64,000 nt of DNA from Porphyridium purpureum (GCA_008690995.1 VRMN01000001.1:62001-126000); one strand, 5' to 3'. Shown: positions 1-13,377, counted from the stretch's first letter. Numbers and translations are program-made. Notes: generated by a model not told the origin, from the sequence alone.

Positions 1-3000
1 TGTGCGTTCGCATTGATGCATCGTTACGCCTCTTCTTAATCAAATAAGCTGGCACACATATCCTGTCCTGGTTTGGACATAATCACAGTTGCGGCGGAAG
101 TTTCGACTTCAGTTTTTTAAGCTGAACCGACAAGGCCTAAAACTTGATCCGATTTCAGTTGCGGTGGTGTCCCGAGACGCCGTGCTCCGGTTTCATGGGA
201 GTGATTGGTCCCCTATACTTTTAAGACTGAAATTTCGAGGGCTTGATGGGGAGGTAGTCTTTAGGACTCGTTGCCGCTCCTTAGGACAGCAGACTTCTCA
301 GAGTAAGTGTTTTCCTCTCCGTTCATCTCGACCTATTAAAATCAGGGATTAGTTGCCATCCCACGACAAAGGGGCCCAATTTTATGTTTGTGCTCCTTCA
401 CGAAACCCAAAGTGCGCCGCATCTGGCCGAGGCAGCCGTGCTGGGCGAGCAACTGGCTGCGTGCTATATGTCCTTACTGTGCTGTGATCGCTATCCAGCT
501 CGGTATTTTTGCAGTTTAGTATTTCATTAAACATGGATCATTTCTTTGACGACCGCAGCACCTCGGCACCGTCTTCAATTACATTGATCGTCACGCACGA
601 GCAGCAAGTGTTCGTGTATGCCTCCGTTACGAGCACCAACTTGTGAAAGCAAAACCACCGAGCCGTGGCACTGTACGGCAGGGAGCTCGCCGCACGAGCC
701 CAATCTTGTTGATGATTAAACAACTCGCTTCCTTCCAAATCGAACCACGACCTCACTCCTAGCTGGGCAAGGGAGTGTGTCGCAACCAATGATTGCCTAC
801 GAAACTGTGCTTTCCATCTCGTTACAGGGCAGCACATTTCTCGGCCTCCTCTCGATACAGTGACGGATCTACGCGCCAGCAACGGCCGCTAGCCTCGACC
901 AAGTCCCGCAAAATGTTCGTAACGTGCTCATGCACGCAAAGCTATTCAAGCAGCCTCATTGACGAACCATCAACTTGCATCTGCTCTTGCAAGCTATGCA
1001 CGAAAGCCGCATCTAGCAGCGATAATAGGTCCAGGAGACCATTTTCCAAGCAGTCTTGCGACAAATTTTCTGATCATGATAGCGGATCATGTTGAACAAG
1101 TCGAACACTGGAAGCTTGCAGATGGAAAATCTTGCGCACAAGAAATAAGGCAAGCCGCTTGCGGACCTCATCCATCAAGTTGCTGACACGTTCGCGTGCA
1201 AGACGAGCAGTTCGGCGCTGCCTTTAACGTCGGCGCTCATTTTCGGCCTCAGCAAGTCTGGACACCAAGTCTTCCAAACCCTTGTAATATTGGAGAGTGC
1301 AAGCCATATTGCCAACATCCACGAATAGCGCACGATTCCGGTCGGGATCAGAGAATGTCTGGAAAGTATGCTCATCCGGGTCCAATGACACAATGCGTGG
1401 TGGCGCGCCATGCTGGCCTCGATGCTTGGTCTTGTGTAAGTGTGTCGACGTCTTGTGCTTTCGCCATGCATTTGGCTTCTGCGGTGATGCTTCATTCAGG
1501 CTGCAGGTCAGGTAACTTTTGTCTTTGCCGGAAGCACGTGTAGGACTAGTTGGTTCGTATACGGAATAGATGAAAGTCCATTTGCAGAAGCCCACATGCA
1601 GCTTGAGCGCCTCGTTCCGTGTTTAGCCACATGGGTTTGCCGCCAGACACTACCTAAACAACGCAGCCCACACGCAATTCACCCACTTCTTGCGCACTAA
1701 AAATTCTCAGTCTTATGGTCCTTTTGCGTTCAGAAACCGAATATAAGATACTTTGTGTTAACTGGTGCCACAGTCTTACTTTCCAAAGGTTAGAGGAGCC
1801 GCGATCACAGAAGCGTGCTCGCCATCCCGAATCGCGTACAGGACGAATTTGAGCCACGAGCTGTCGGCCACAAGCGCGCTGCCGTAACTTACTACTCGGA
1901 TGCGAGATACTGCGTTCAGTTCACGGTGTCAAACCCGATGCACGGATCCACACGCGCCTCCAGATCCGTCAGAAGCGCAATGCATTTGTCGCATGTTTTC
2001 CGAGTGGCACCAAGCCGATAATACAATCAATGGCGGTCCACTTGGTGGTAAGGACTGACCTTTATTTAGGCCACGCTCGCAACTGTGGCGAGCTGCATTT
2101 ATGCCGCCTCCCGCCCATTCCAATGTGACAGCGCCAAAAGCCCTTCTGCGTTTACACGCAGTTCCTCGCGCTGCATGCCAAGCGATATTTTTCGACCGCG
2201 AGTAGGGCAGTTACATCAAGAATTTCGTAGCGCATGTACCGCTCACTGCCTCCTTGCCCAGCACATGAAACCAAGTCGACGTGTGACGTGTGAAAAACGA
2301 GAAGCCTGCAAATTCGATTAACGCGGCAAGCGGTGATCATATCCATTTTGATGCTACCACCGTTGACTCCGACCTTACCAGTAGGACATCATTCTGGTCG
2401 CCTAATTTGCTTATTCGCCGTCACCAAGTCAAAAAAAAGCCTCCAGGCAAGATGTAGCTTCGATACGCGTGCCACTCGTTGCATCTCTCACCCTCCATAC
2501 TGTGCTGCTAACTGACCGCGCTTGTACGAGCGTCATCCGCCCGATTTGCAAAACATCCTTCGCTGCGGCGCTTTTTCCTAGTACCGTGCGATACCTTAAT
2601 TGTACTTGCATGGAGAGAGAGCCCGATTTTGACTTTCAAGAGGAGCACAGTCAGCGCCCAAAATCTTTGTGTAAAAGGAACTGCAAGCATTCGCATGCAA
2701 ATACGGAGAGCCTATGGGGAATAGCGCGGAAAGCCGAGCGTCCTATGAAAGCTGTCGCGTTTATTGTACTCCTTGACGGCCGCCGAGGGTTCACGTTGAA
2801 GATCTTAATTCGTGGGTAGCCCGGAAACGGCAAGCGACACTCAAAACAAGAGCAAAGTGGTGTGCAGCCGGGCTCGGTACACGCCCAACGACGATGCACC
2901 TGGAACCGTGTCAAACGACGCGGCGCGCGGGCTTCCAAGTGGGTGCCCGGAGGCGCAGTGGAGGCAAAGGTGCAAGTTTGAGATTTACGCCTGTTCTTCT

Positions 3001-3564
3001 TCCACTCACCACCTTTCGTCATGTGTTCTTCAGCTCAAAGCACGCGAGTAAAAATTCTGCCTTATTCTTTCGGAAAAAGCTATGTCGACAGCAAGAGGAG
3101 CAGCCCTACCCTTCACCGTCGTGCACGAGCTGGGCACGCGCATGTTTCCTCTTGTTGCTTTCCAAGACATTAATCAGTGTGAATTTAAAGTTCGACTTGA
3201 ATTAGGACCTAAACAAGGTGTCTGACTGAGAGCACCAAGTTTTGATGCTTAAAACTTACGTTCCAAAAACTGGGGTGTTATCTCCTGATAAGTCTCCAAC
3301 CCGCACTCGAGGGTAGCAGAACGCCCGTCTAGGACTACTTGCATGAGCAGACGCTATGAGAAGAAGCGTCTCGAACACATATCATTCAGCCGCCAGTCTG
3401 TAACAGCGTCTTTTTGTAGTGCTCAAATAGTCTGTTTGTGCCATGCAAATAATTCACTTTTTCTAAGGTAATAATGGATACAGATCGACTAGAGCAATAC
3501 TAAAGGCTGGAGTAAACGGTGTTTGGCAGAGAAAAACAAGTGACTTAGGTGGCGCCCTTCGAAG

Positions 3565-3756
3565 CTAAGCGGGATTCAATGGAACATCCTTCCGAGGGTC
3601 ATGAGCGCAGCCCCCGCTGCGCTGAACAGGGGCGTGGATAGCGCCAATGCAGTCGCCAAAGAGCAAGACCGGACTTGGAAAGTCTCGCAGAGAAGGTGAG
3701 GGTTGGGTCAGTGAAGCGCGTCCTGAACCAAAGATGATCGCGGACCTAGTAAGCAC
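3565..3756 (-). pseudogene. Possible PIF/Harbinger transposase relic
   Basis: Short ORF contains FGDCIGAI, resembling the F-x-(N/D)-C-I-G-A-I-D-G motif around the first catalytic Asp of Harbinger transposases. The DG itself is lost and nothing else is recognisable. Confidence 0.3.
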
Positions 3757-4227
3757 ACGTCACCAGCGTCTCCGCAACCCCCCTGAGTGAATTCGTTGAG
3801 ACTTTGTGCAATGGAGGAACTGCGTAGCAACGAAGAATTTGCCATGTTAAAGTCAAACTTCCACGCGATGCATAACGCGCTCGCCATGAAAGCACGCACA
3901 TCGGAGATGGCATATGACCATGCAAGTGAAAGACAGGAATGGGAAATGCAGGCAGCAACAGAGTTGGTGGTGCAAGCCACTGCAATTACGGCGCTTACGG
4001 CAACATTCCTGTGGTCGGTCAAGACCGCGGATATGATTGGAGTACCGTGATGAAAGGGACGAATCGGAAAGTACGGTCTGGCTCAGAACAGCGCCACACA
4101 GAATCTATAAGTCACTCCGATGTCAATACGCAATGGCTCAGCGAGTATCATATAGGGAGGCAAAGATGTACGCGGTGAATGCGGCAGCCACATATCTTTC
4201 GGGGATGTCCAGCTCTGGAGGACGGGC

Positions 4228-6075
4228 ATGAGCGTAAGTGATGTACACCCTCGCCATTTTGCACGCTTTGTGATAATAATATATTCCTTCACTATGCCCG
4301 AAAAGGCTGTGGAGAGCGCCGGGGATGCCTTGCATGATTTGTTGCAAGGAATCAAGCCAGCAGCCGAGTACGTCTCGGCCTTTTTGCGCCTAAGATTCCG
4401 TTTAGACAATCTCACAAAAGCTGAAAAGATGAAGATATTCATCTGAGGATTAAATACCAAGGTAAAGCTCCAATTCCAGCTGTCGAAGCTAACCACATTC
4501 ACACAAGCGCGCAAAAACGCCACAACGACAAATACGGTTTGTTGGCACAGGAATGCATCGCAAGAGGCCGGAGGTGTAGATGGACGTGCGCCCAGTGGGC
4601 TTGGTCCAGGATAGGGCATGCAGCGCAGGAACGGGCGTGGAGGCAGTCACATCTCCAGGAGAGGCCAAAGCAACCACGCCAAGAGCAGCGACGACGCTGA
4701 GAAGTACGGAACTGCTGAAAGACCACGCAAAAAAGAACTGGAGCATGTTCAAAGTGTGGCTCGCACGACCACTGGAGGCAGGAATGTCCTGCTATGAAGG
4801 AGAGAAAAAGCGGTGCTTCCGGCTCAAAACAACTCAGTAATCTTGGAATTGCGGAGCTAAGTAGTGCAGGAAAGCCAGGCGCCGTCCTAGGCACGATCCC
4901 GATAAATGTGGCCAGCCATGGCGTATAGGCGGTGTTCGACACGAGCGGCAAGCACACATTCAAATTGAAAAGACTGTTGAAGTAAGCGGGGCTATCCTCC
5001 CGCGTGAGGTATGGTAATATCGCGATCATTCGGATTGCTGACGGTCGTTTGACGAGATCTGGCGGTCGGCTGGACACTTAATCAGGCGTGTGTGACAGGC
5101 ATCGGCACACTTTTCTTACAAAACAATGACTCTCACAATGCTGTCCTCGGACTTGATTGGCTGAGAGCTAACGACGCGAGGATGAGCTGTGCGGGCATTG
5201 ATATTTTGGGTATGGAGTCGACCGCGCGCAAGCATGAGCTTTTGCATATTCCGAAGGACCTCACGTGCGATTTGTGTTCCCTCGCGAAGCGGGAAAAAAA
5301 GCATACCATTTGACGCACAGGAGCACGGCACGAGGGTGTTTCAGGGCGCCAGGGAATATTCAAGAAAGCCGTGCCCGTCGACCCGGTAAGTCCTAGAATG
5401 TTAAGGGGTTGACGAAACAAGATGGAGAATGACTCATCGACATCGCGGCACAAATTGGGTGTCCACTGGAAGGCTTGGCGATAAGACTGCGAGCGGCGAC
5501 GTGGAACACGTGGTGGCAAACAAGACAAGAGAGCACCATTTGTAAAGCTAAAGTCAAGTGCCGAATCGGAAAAGTCGGAAAAATCGGTGGAGTACCAAAA
5601 GCTGAAGGTGAGAGTTGCTGTTGCATCTCCTTCGTGTTGGCCAGGGCACTCAGAGCGAGGAGATACACAGTCAAAAACAAACAAGAAAATGACCGGCGCG
5701 CACCGCAAAGGAAAAGCGGCGCCTCGCGACGCGTGGGTTGTAAAACATAGAGGGTTCGTGGACAAGCTGCCCCTCTTGCAGTCCAACGTGGATAGAGTGT
5801 CCCCTGTTGCCACGATGCTGTGGATGGACAACCTGCACGATTACACACGCGCACAGTGCGGAAGGATGGGTCAAATCTTCTCGTTTGACAAAGGACACAA
5901 GAGGTGCCCGGTACCGCCGAACTTGTCCGCACTCTGGGAGCCCACATACCCAGAAGGTAGTAGGAATACTCTTGTCGAGAAAGAGACAGTAAAGATGGTG
6001 ACTATACATTGTGCAGAGGCAGCTCGAAAACTAGATCAAGAAGAGGTAAAAGTCTTTGGTTTCATGATAGGGTAA
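4228..6075 (+). mobile_element. Heavily decayed Ty3/Gypsy LTR-retrotransposon relic (gag, protease, pol scraps)
   Basis: Gag-like LQGIKPAAEYVSAFLRLRFRLDNLTKAEKMKIFI*GL (~4340-4450). Protease-like AVFDTSGKHTF (~4928-4960) and AVLGLDWL (~5140-5165). Many stops and frameshifts. Confidence 0.6.
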
Positions 6076-6448
6076 CTCGGCTTGGCCTCAAAGGACGCTG
6101 TGGCTCACGACGCTAAATAGGCGACTCTCGAGGAGGAAGGAAAATAACCCGATGGGTGTTCTGAATCTTGTCATTTTTTCACACATGGCGCGCGGCGACG
6201 TCGATGAGATGAAGAACAAACAGTAACCCTCACAAGGCTATTCTCGTTTACCTCATGCCGCCGATGAATTTCTCATCAGTTTCAAGCTAAGGTTTAAGCC
6301 TACGTTATTGGTGCTACAGCTGGTCGGCGAACCAGAGGTAACCGGAGAGTGACGTGCAGCAATTTCTCTTTTGAAATCAGTGGGCTACATGTCGGACGAG
6401 GCATTGCGAGCTCATGCAAATGATGAGGCTAAATGAAGCACGCTTGCC

Positions 6449-6775
6449 ATGGCGATCAAGTACGTGACTGAATTCACGTACGCGAAACACCCCAAAGCTG
6501 GCAGGGCCGGGGCGGTATTAGGCCAGACAATGAGCCACGACCATAAAACCGAGCGTGAGGACGACTATGGGGTAAGCTACATTGGAGCTGAGGAAGGTCG
6601 TCGTACGGGCCAGGACCTGGCTTGCTTCAATTGCAATGGACCGCACGAATTGCGCGACTGCAACAAGCCACCAACATTGGTAAAGATGCGCGAGGCCATG
6701 AGCAAGGCTCAAGCAAGAAAGGCACGATGGCAATGCAAGAAAAAGACGGACAGTAACCCACACGTCGCGGACTGA
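6449..6775 (+). pseudogene. Retrotransposon gag C-terminal fragment with CCHC zinc knuckle
   Basis: CFNCNGPHELRDC fits CX2CX4HX4C. Upstream frame is broken by stops, and the fragment ends about 90 bp before the Tc1 copy. Confidence 0.6.
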
Positions 6776-6865
6776 ATTGCGCGCATTGTGCGGAATCTGA
6801 AGGGTGAGTAACCGCATGGCTCGCGGAGCAACAGAAAATCGGCTGAAAGAATGGAACAAGGAACA

Positions 6866-8257
6866 CATAAAGTGTGACCAAATTGGATAAAAGAGAGTCA
6901 AAAGTCTCAGAAGAAATAGTTAATTAACGGTAAGTTTTGATCTTTTGCTGTGAAAGTAGAACGACGGGGTTCGTCTGTAACGGCTACGACGACAATGTTT
7001 GCCTCAAAAGGGATAGGGGACACTGCCTTGAAGCTATACCTCCGAAGTCGGTGGTTCAATGTCAGCGGAGAAGCGCAAATGTATCGCATCTCGTGAAGAA
7101 CTCCATTTTGACGCCATCGGGCACAATACTGGCCTTTCGGACGAGGAAAAAGGACGTACTCAGGGTCTTTGGGAGTCAGGCAATAGCGTGAGAGCCATTG
7201 CGACCAAAATCGGGCGCTATTAAAACATGGCTCTTCGCTACTTGTCTTCTGCTACGAATGTGTATGGACAGCATTGAGACAATGCGAATGCTTCAAAGCT
7301 GGAGAAAATAGTCAAAACGAAGATTTATGACATCGCTAAGCTTCCGACTCACACGGCTCGTCAAGTTCCAGCAGCTCTACGAATTCGTGCAGCAAAAGCA
7401 GTCCAAAGTTTGACAACAATCAAAAAGGCAATCAAAGTATGGGATGCCGGCGGCAAAATCATTCAGCGTGTCCGCCACTGACATTCAATCACGAGCTCAA
7501 GAGGCTGGCATGAATCAGACACCACCAGTTGGAACCGACGAATTGGGCCACAATTGTGATCACTGACGAGAAGTTCAACCTGGACGGGCAAGATATTTTT
7601 CACAAGACGTGGGTTGAGCGTACGGCAGACGTTTCAGGCGTTTGGTCGCGACATTCCGGCGGTGGCTGATGCATGGTTTGCGGCGCACTTTCGGCGAGAG
7701 GAAAGGTTCGCCTACATTTTATTTAGGGGGCATCTACGGCTGCAAAACATGTTTATGTGCTTCGAGATAACAATGTTCTGGACCGCTGCTATCAGATGGT
7801 GGGCCCGAACATGGATGTTCATCAGGATAACGCGTTGGTGCGAACAAGTCGCCTGGTTAAAAATTTCATGAATGATGAGAATGTGGAGCTTCGAGACTGG
7901 CCGGCGTACTCGCCGGACTTCAATATCATGGAGAACTTGTGGGGGATAATAGCGCCTAAGGTTTACGATGATGCAAGGCAGTATCAGACGGTACTGGAGC
8001 TGAAGAATGCCATTTTACTTGCTTGGGAGACTTTGGGGCCAGCCTGTAGTGGCCAATTTGCACGCGTCTCTGCCGACACGCATATTCGACTGTGCGTATC
8101 GTCGAGGCCCACACGTGCAAGATCACCGGTACCGATTCCGATTCTCTACTGCTGCGCAATGGCCAGAAATATGACGTGTCCCCTATCCGTTTTGACCTCC
8201 TTCACATTCCCTTTCCACCGGACCTTCTTTCCTTGTTATCCTGAAGCAGATCATTTT
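6866..8257 (+). mobile_element. Tc1/mariner (DD34E) DNA transposon, decayed copy 1, right end truncated
   Basis: Motifs TDEKFNLDG, HQDNA and WPAYSPDFNIMENLW. Degenerate left TIR (cataaagtgtgaccaaattggata). Inner repeat ggataggggacac at ~7010 with its inverse gtgtcccctatcc at ~8177. Colinear with the copy at 18892-20338. Confidence 0.85.
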
Positions 8258-8642
8258 GTGCGAACCCCAACTGCATGCAACCGCCAGTTGCGCGCAGATA
8301 AGCCTCTGTTCGGCATTTCTGAGTCGGGGGTGTTGCGGCCCCGCAAAAAGGACACCAAAAAAACAACGCTTTGTAAGTAGTCCCACTCTCACGCAAACGT
8401 ACCTGTCCGTATCACTCCCATCCACTGTACCCCCACTCCCCGTAGCCTTACACTCGGCAGCTCTCTCTGCCCGAGCGGATGAATCCTTCCAGAAACCTTC
8501 CAAACTCCGCTTTTCTTCCCAAGATCCATACCCTTTTATTTTCCGTCACTATCGATCCCAGCTTAATTTTACGACCTTTTATAGGCGAGCTCTAGAGCTG
8601 AAAAAAACCCCTCAGGGAAAAAAGCTTAACTAGAATTCACCT

Positions 8643-8721
8643 CCGCGCCCTCTCACCGCGCCCCCTTACCACGCCCCCTCACCGCGGCCCCTCACCGCGC
8701 CCACTCGCCGCACCCACTCGC
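8643..8721. repeat. C-rich minisatellite, ~13-bp unit (ccgcgcccctca-like), about 6 imperfect copies
   Basis: Directly visible tandem array ccgcgccctctca / ccgcgccccctta / ccacgccccctca / ccgcggcccctca / ccgcgcccactcg / ccgcacccactcg. Confidence 0.75.
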
Positions 8722-9419
8722 TGACTTACACGCGCTTCCGCTTCGCTACGACGGCCCGCGCACCGTCTCCCGGGTCCGCAGCCCATCTCAGGCTGTCCTG
8801 CAACAGGGGAACGGTGAACGCAGAAGGAGGAAAAAACATGTTTAAGATGATAAGTATCGTGGTAATTTCAGGCTCTAAGTACTAAAAATATAACCACTCG
8901 CAGCTTCTGCAACCTCCTTGCCCCTTCTTTTTCTTCGGTTCGACGAAACTCTTCGAGCACGCCTTGCCTTTATTCCTTTTCTTGCCTTCGCGCATTTGGT
9001 CGACACAAACGAGTCCCAAGGGAAGGGTACTCGAGCAGAGCGCTTAAATTTTCGTGGCAATGATCCGAATGCCGCGTGAATGAGTCACATTTTCGCCACA
9101 AGTATTGCAATTGGTGGAGCAGAACTTACCTTCAGGACAAGCGCTATGTGGATGCATTGTGCACTCCTCGCGAAACTTAAAAACGAGTCACTGGAATTTC
9201 ACACACTTTAGCACAAAAAATTGCGAAGAGGTGCGATCCCGGATCCGTTTTGGTCGCGCCTGTGTTGTTCGTGATCACAAGGGCGTGAACGCAAAAGGGC
9301 CAGTCTTTTCATAGCTTTGAACCAAAGCCAGCTCTGCCGCGTGCGCGCAAGCCCCCGCCCCGCCAGCATGCAAGCCGCACTATATTGCACACAATGTCTC
9401 ATCGTCTGCTCTGTCACGA

Positions 9420-9960
9420 CTTCAATGCGATTGTGTTGTCAACGGCGCGGCGGAACGCATGGCGGATTGAGCATGAAATTTGTTCGTGATGACTGCTTTC
9501 TCGCCGCAATCGCGAGCTTAGTCTTCGAGACGGCGTTTCACAAGAATGCGTGCGAATGCGACGTTCACGCAGGGCGCCATATGCCGCCGCAGGGTAGTGG
9601 TCACAATGTCTAGCTTTGCAGGCGCGAGGGCGGTATTGTTGGTTTCCACTACATAAGATCGCATTCAAGTCTCCATGTCGTGCACACCCACCGCAACCAC
9701 GTGGTGCCCCAGCTGAAACACACGTGCGAATGAGCGCACAGCGTTGGTGTTGGAGCCTGCTCTGCTGTTGTCACGCTGCGACCATTACATACCCATCTTG
9801 ACAGAGCGCCGCAACGCTCGTGCGCATGTTGCGGCATCTTGTGCTACGAAAATCTGAGTCTGCTCGCAGTGCAAGCAGAACCGAATTCCACACGGTGTCC
9901 GCCACAAAAGCATCCAAACTCTGCAGAGACACTATCTCTATGAGAGCGTTCTTGTTCACA
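9420..9960 (-). pseudogene. Possible decayed Ulp1/C48-like protease domain (transposon cargo)
   Basis: Manual translation across frameshifts gives, in Ulp1 order, SLQSLDAFVADTVWNSVL (cf. WLNDEVINFY), LGHHVVAVGVHD (cf. HWxL) and ARDCG (cf. QxNxxDCG). In-frame stops are present. Confidence 0.35.
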
Positions 9961-11729
9961 AATTTCTTACCGGACGCTCTACCACTGTGGTGGTTCTTGT
10001 CGGCCGAAAGGACCAGACCGCATGCAAGCAGGGTCCAGCAGCGCTGCAGGCTGCGGAGTCAAAACTGGAAATCAGCAGACAAGTGCCACGACAGCTCATG
10101 ATTTGTGCGCCAATGAGTTCTCGGTCGCGCACCAACCAAACACATCAGCGTCAAAGATGAGAACTCGCATGCGGGCCGGAGCATAGCCTCCGTCATTGTG
10201 TCACTCTGCGCGGTCAGTTGGCGTTTGTGGGAGCTGTCATTCGGGCTGCATCCGTATCCCTCTCTGTACGGGAAGTGCCTGATATAGCTCGTGTACCATT
10301 CACACGCTCATTGTGTCCATGCTCTGAGGTTTCTTGGCCACCTTCGTGTTCCACAAGGTGCTGCTTCCCTCGATACATGTCAAAAAGAGGTCAGCAAGAA
10401 GGTGAAAAGAAATGTAGAAGCTTGTGCCCGGCAGGTTACGCGCAATGATAACGGCATCGCACACCTCGGCGAGCGTCAGGCGGGACATGATCGGGATTAC
10501 ACCGACCAGGTCGTGCATCTCAAAAAAGGCGTGGCTCCAAAGTTTGCCCCACACCATTGGAGACTTTTGGGAGCATGAGACTGGAACTGGGTTTCGGTTG
10601 AGCGCTTTCCACATAAGGCTCGAACAGTCGCTTCGGAAAACACGCGTGCGCACCTAAAGAGGCACGAAGCAAAAGTTGAGCGGTTGCCAAATCGGCTACT
10701 TGAGTTTGCCGCGCCGTTCCGGGTCCAAGAATTGAACCGAACGATTCACTTGCCCGTGCTTTACGCACACGCTGAGCAAATGCAGAATGAAGGACGACCC
10801 AAACGCCACGAACACTCACACTGCATGGTGCCACATACTGAACAACGAGGAATTATGCAGGGTAGGCAGCAGCGGCGCAATGCTGTTGACATCCCAGTTC
10901 ATGGCAGGCTACGTTCGATGTACAAGCGCGACCACCAGGACGAGCACACTGTCCGGAGCCCAAACACGTCGAAGAGCGGCAAAACCTGCGCACGCAATTT
11001 TGGCAAAACGTCCTCCCAGTACAAGGAACGAACAAAAGCATGGACATTTTGACCAAGCCGGCGCGACGACATGGCGCATTCAAGGTCAGCGCAAGGGCGG
11101 CCTCCCTCTCCTGGACGTGATGTTGAGAAGGCGCGCCCAGCTTACTGAGAGATACCTTTCCACCACGTCATGCTCCCTCTCCGCAACCAACAAGCTACGC
11201 CAATGCGACGCTCGGCACAAATACGGCCACCGCCCTGAGCATCGTTGCTTCGACCACAGAGCTCGCGGAGCCCCTAAGCTTCCAGCTGGGTTTCGCGTGC
11301 CGGTGCGCGCCGCAGCAAAATCTGGTGCTGAGCTTGCCACCAAGCTCGCCGCAAAACCTCACCTCGGCTCGTCGCGGCAGCATAAAGCGCGGCCCGCCTG
11401 TTGCAGCCGCAGGGGGACGAACGCAGCTGGCGCGCCGAGTTCATGCGCACGGCTCCCGCATGGCTCGAGCGACAGCGCGCGCAGCACACCGGTGTGGCAC
11501 CGCGTCTGCCTCCTTGGCGCGCGTCGAGCTCAGCGCAGAGTCCCGTAACCGAAACTGTAAGCCGGTGCGTTTCCTACTAAACTCGCTCGTTTTAGTAGAG
11601 CGCTTGAATTGGCGGACGCGGGTGTGGCGCGTGGTGCAGCCGGGTGTCAGGTGGGTGGGCGGGAAGGACAACAGCGTGAGCCGCGCGCGGGGAGAGCGGA
11701 GGTAAGGTGCGGACCGAGCGCGCGCGAGG

Positions 11730-12332
11730 ATGTCGGAAGGGCTGAAGAAGCGGCTGTCGAACGTGCTGAGCCCGCGCAAGCAGAAGGCGGCGCCGGCTGC
11801 TGGGGCGGGCGCGAACGAGGATGAAGGCGACTCGGAGGACGAGCGGCCCAAGCACACCTTGGCAAAGTCGTCGAGTTTTATCCGCCTGCAGCCAGACTAC
11901 GAGCGCCCGCCCATAAAAAAGTCCGACCAGGAGTGGCGCGCCAAGCTGAGCAAGCAGGAGTATATAGTGATGCGGACAAAGGGCATGGAGGATCCGGTCT
12001 CCGGCGCGTACCGCAGGAAACCGGCGCGCGAAGGCGTGTATCGCTGCAAAGGTTGTGAGAATCCCGTCCTGTCGACCTGGGACCAGGAGGATGCCGAGCA
12101 GTTGCCGTGGGCCGTGTTCAACAACATTTTGCCTGGTGCGCTGGACCTCGTGCCCACGCAGCGCGGGCTCGATCGCACAGAGGAGGTGTTTTGCGTCCAG
12201 TGCCATTGCTTCATGGGTCTGCGTCCGTCGACCACCCATTTCGACATCAATTCGACGTCTATCCGCTTCTGCATGCTCACAAAGGACCAACACAAGCTGC
12301 TGCTTAAGAACAAGGACCCGGGCCTGTTTTGA
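11730..12332 (+). CDS. MsrB/SelR-fold protein with degenerate active site
   Basis: KSDQEWRAKLSKQEYIVMRTKGME and GVYRCKGC match the MsrB N-terminus. Second Zn pair CVQC is present. HFDINS stands where RYCINS is expected. Confidence 0.85.
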   Translation: MSEGLKKRLSNVLSPRKQKAAPAAGAGANEDEGDSEDERPKHTLAKSSSFIRLQPDYERPPIKKSDQEWRAKLSKQEYIVMRTKGMEDPVSGAYRRKPAREGVYRCKGCENPVLSTWDQEDAEQLPWAVFNNILPGALDLVPTQRGLDRTEEVFCVQCHCFMGLRPSTTHFDINSTSIRFCMLTKDQHKLLLKNKDPGLF

Positions 12333-13047
12333 CGTCCTTGCCCTATAGTGCCCTTCAGCTAGAACACAATGCGCTTCAAGACCCGAATAAAGCGGCCAGG
12401 TGCGAAAGCAGCCTTAGACCCTCTGCATGTTTTCGCGGCCGCGGGTGAAAGCCCACGTTCCGCTCGCACGCTCAGTTGAACACAAGCATTGTGTTCTCAA
12501 CGCATGTCCGTCTTTCGCGCATTTGATTCCGGCCTCCAAGCGCAAAGCCGGCTGGTCCCGTTCTGCCTGGAATTCGGAATCCCGGCGTAACGCTGGCGCT
12601 GTTTGTACAACAAACCATGCGGCGACAGCCTCACGCCGAGGCGGCGAGCCGCATTGCTCCAGCAGCGCCGTGCCGGCACCCCACTGCGCACGCCGGTACA
12701 CGCGCGCACGCGCACTGGCAGGCGCGCCAGAGCGCGCGCTGCGCGAGCTCAGCAGCCACACCGGATCCACAAATTGGGGCGATTTTGATATGAAACGCGC
12801 GCGCAGGGGCTGGAAGAGGACGCGGACTGGGGGGATGAAGGAACAGAGACGGTATGGGATGCGGAAGAGTCAAACTGGTCTGAGCTGAGAACCGTCCTGG
12901 CACGTGGGTCCTGCAAGCGGCTGCCGGGGTTCGCGCTGGTGTTTTTGTGGCGGCAGGCGAGGCGGATGACTGGCATTGCTTGGATGGTGAGATCGGTGTG
13001 ACAACGGCGCGTGCGGAGACGGGACGTTTTTTTTTTTTGTGCCGAAC

Positions 13048-13377
13048 ATGTCGATGAACGAGCTGCCCGTGGAAGTCGAGCTCAAGATCCTGGACCTGGT
13101 TCTGCAGGATGCCTCGCAGCTTGGGGAAATGCGGCGCGTGTGCCGCCGCTGGAAGGTCCTCGTCGAGTCTGACCGGTCGGCGTTTTTGTGGAAGCGGCTG
13201 AGCTTGCCCCTCGCGTACCGCGACTTGCACATTGCCGAGAAGTGGTACCGCAAGGCCATCGCGCACGGCAACCAGCAGGCCGTCTTTCTATTGTCGCTGC
13301 TTTATACTTATGGGTACGCATGCGCGTGCCACAATGTGAGTGGCAGCTTTAGCGTGTCGGGCGCGGTCGTGCTGTAG
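13048..13377 (+). CDS. Small F-box protein with one Sel1-like repeat
   Basis: F-box NELPVEVELKILDLV...MRRVCRRWKVL, followed by Sel1-like DLHIAEKWYRKAIAHGNQQAVFLLSLLYTYG. ATG at 13048. The 3' end could be altered by splicing. Confidence 0.7.
   Translation: MSMNELPVEVELKILDLVLQDASQLGEMRRVCRRWKVLVESDRSAFLWKRLSLPLAYRDLHIAEKWYRKAIAHGNQQAVFLLSLLYTYGYACACHNVSGSFSVSGAVVL

Noticed and set aside
500..3200. Many short ORFs, including a QNGYD stretch near 2340 reminiscent of Ulp1
   Set aside because: No coherent motif series. Probably decayed repeats, but I cannot assign them.
10787..11548. 253-aa plus-strand ORF upstream of the MsrB-like gene
   Set aside because: Arg/Ala-rich low-information translation typical of GC-rich non-coding DNA. 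No domain.
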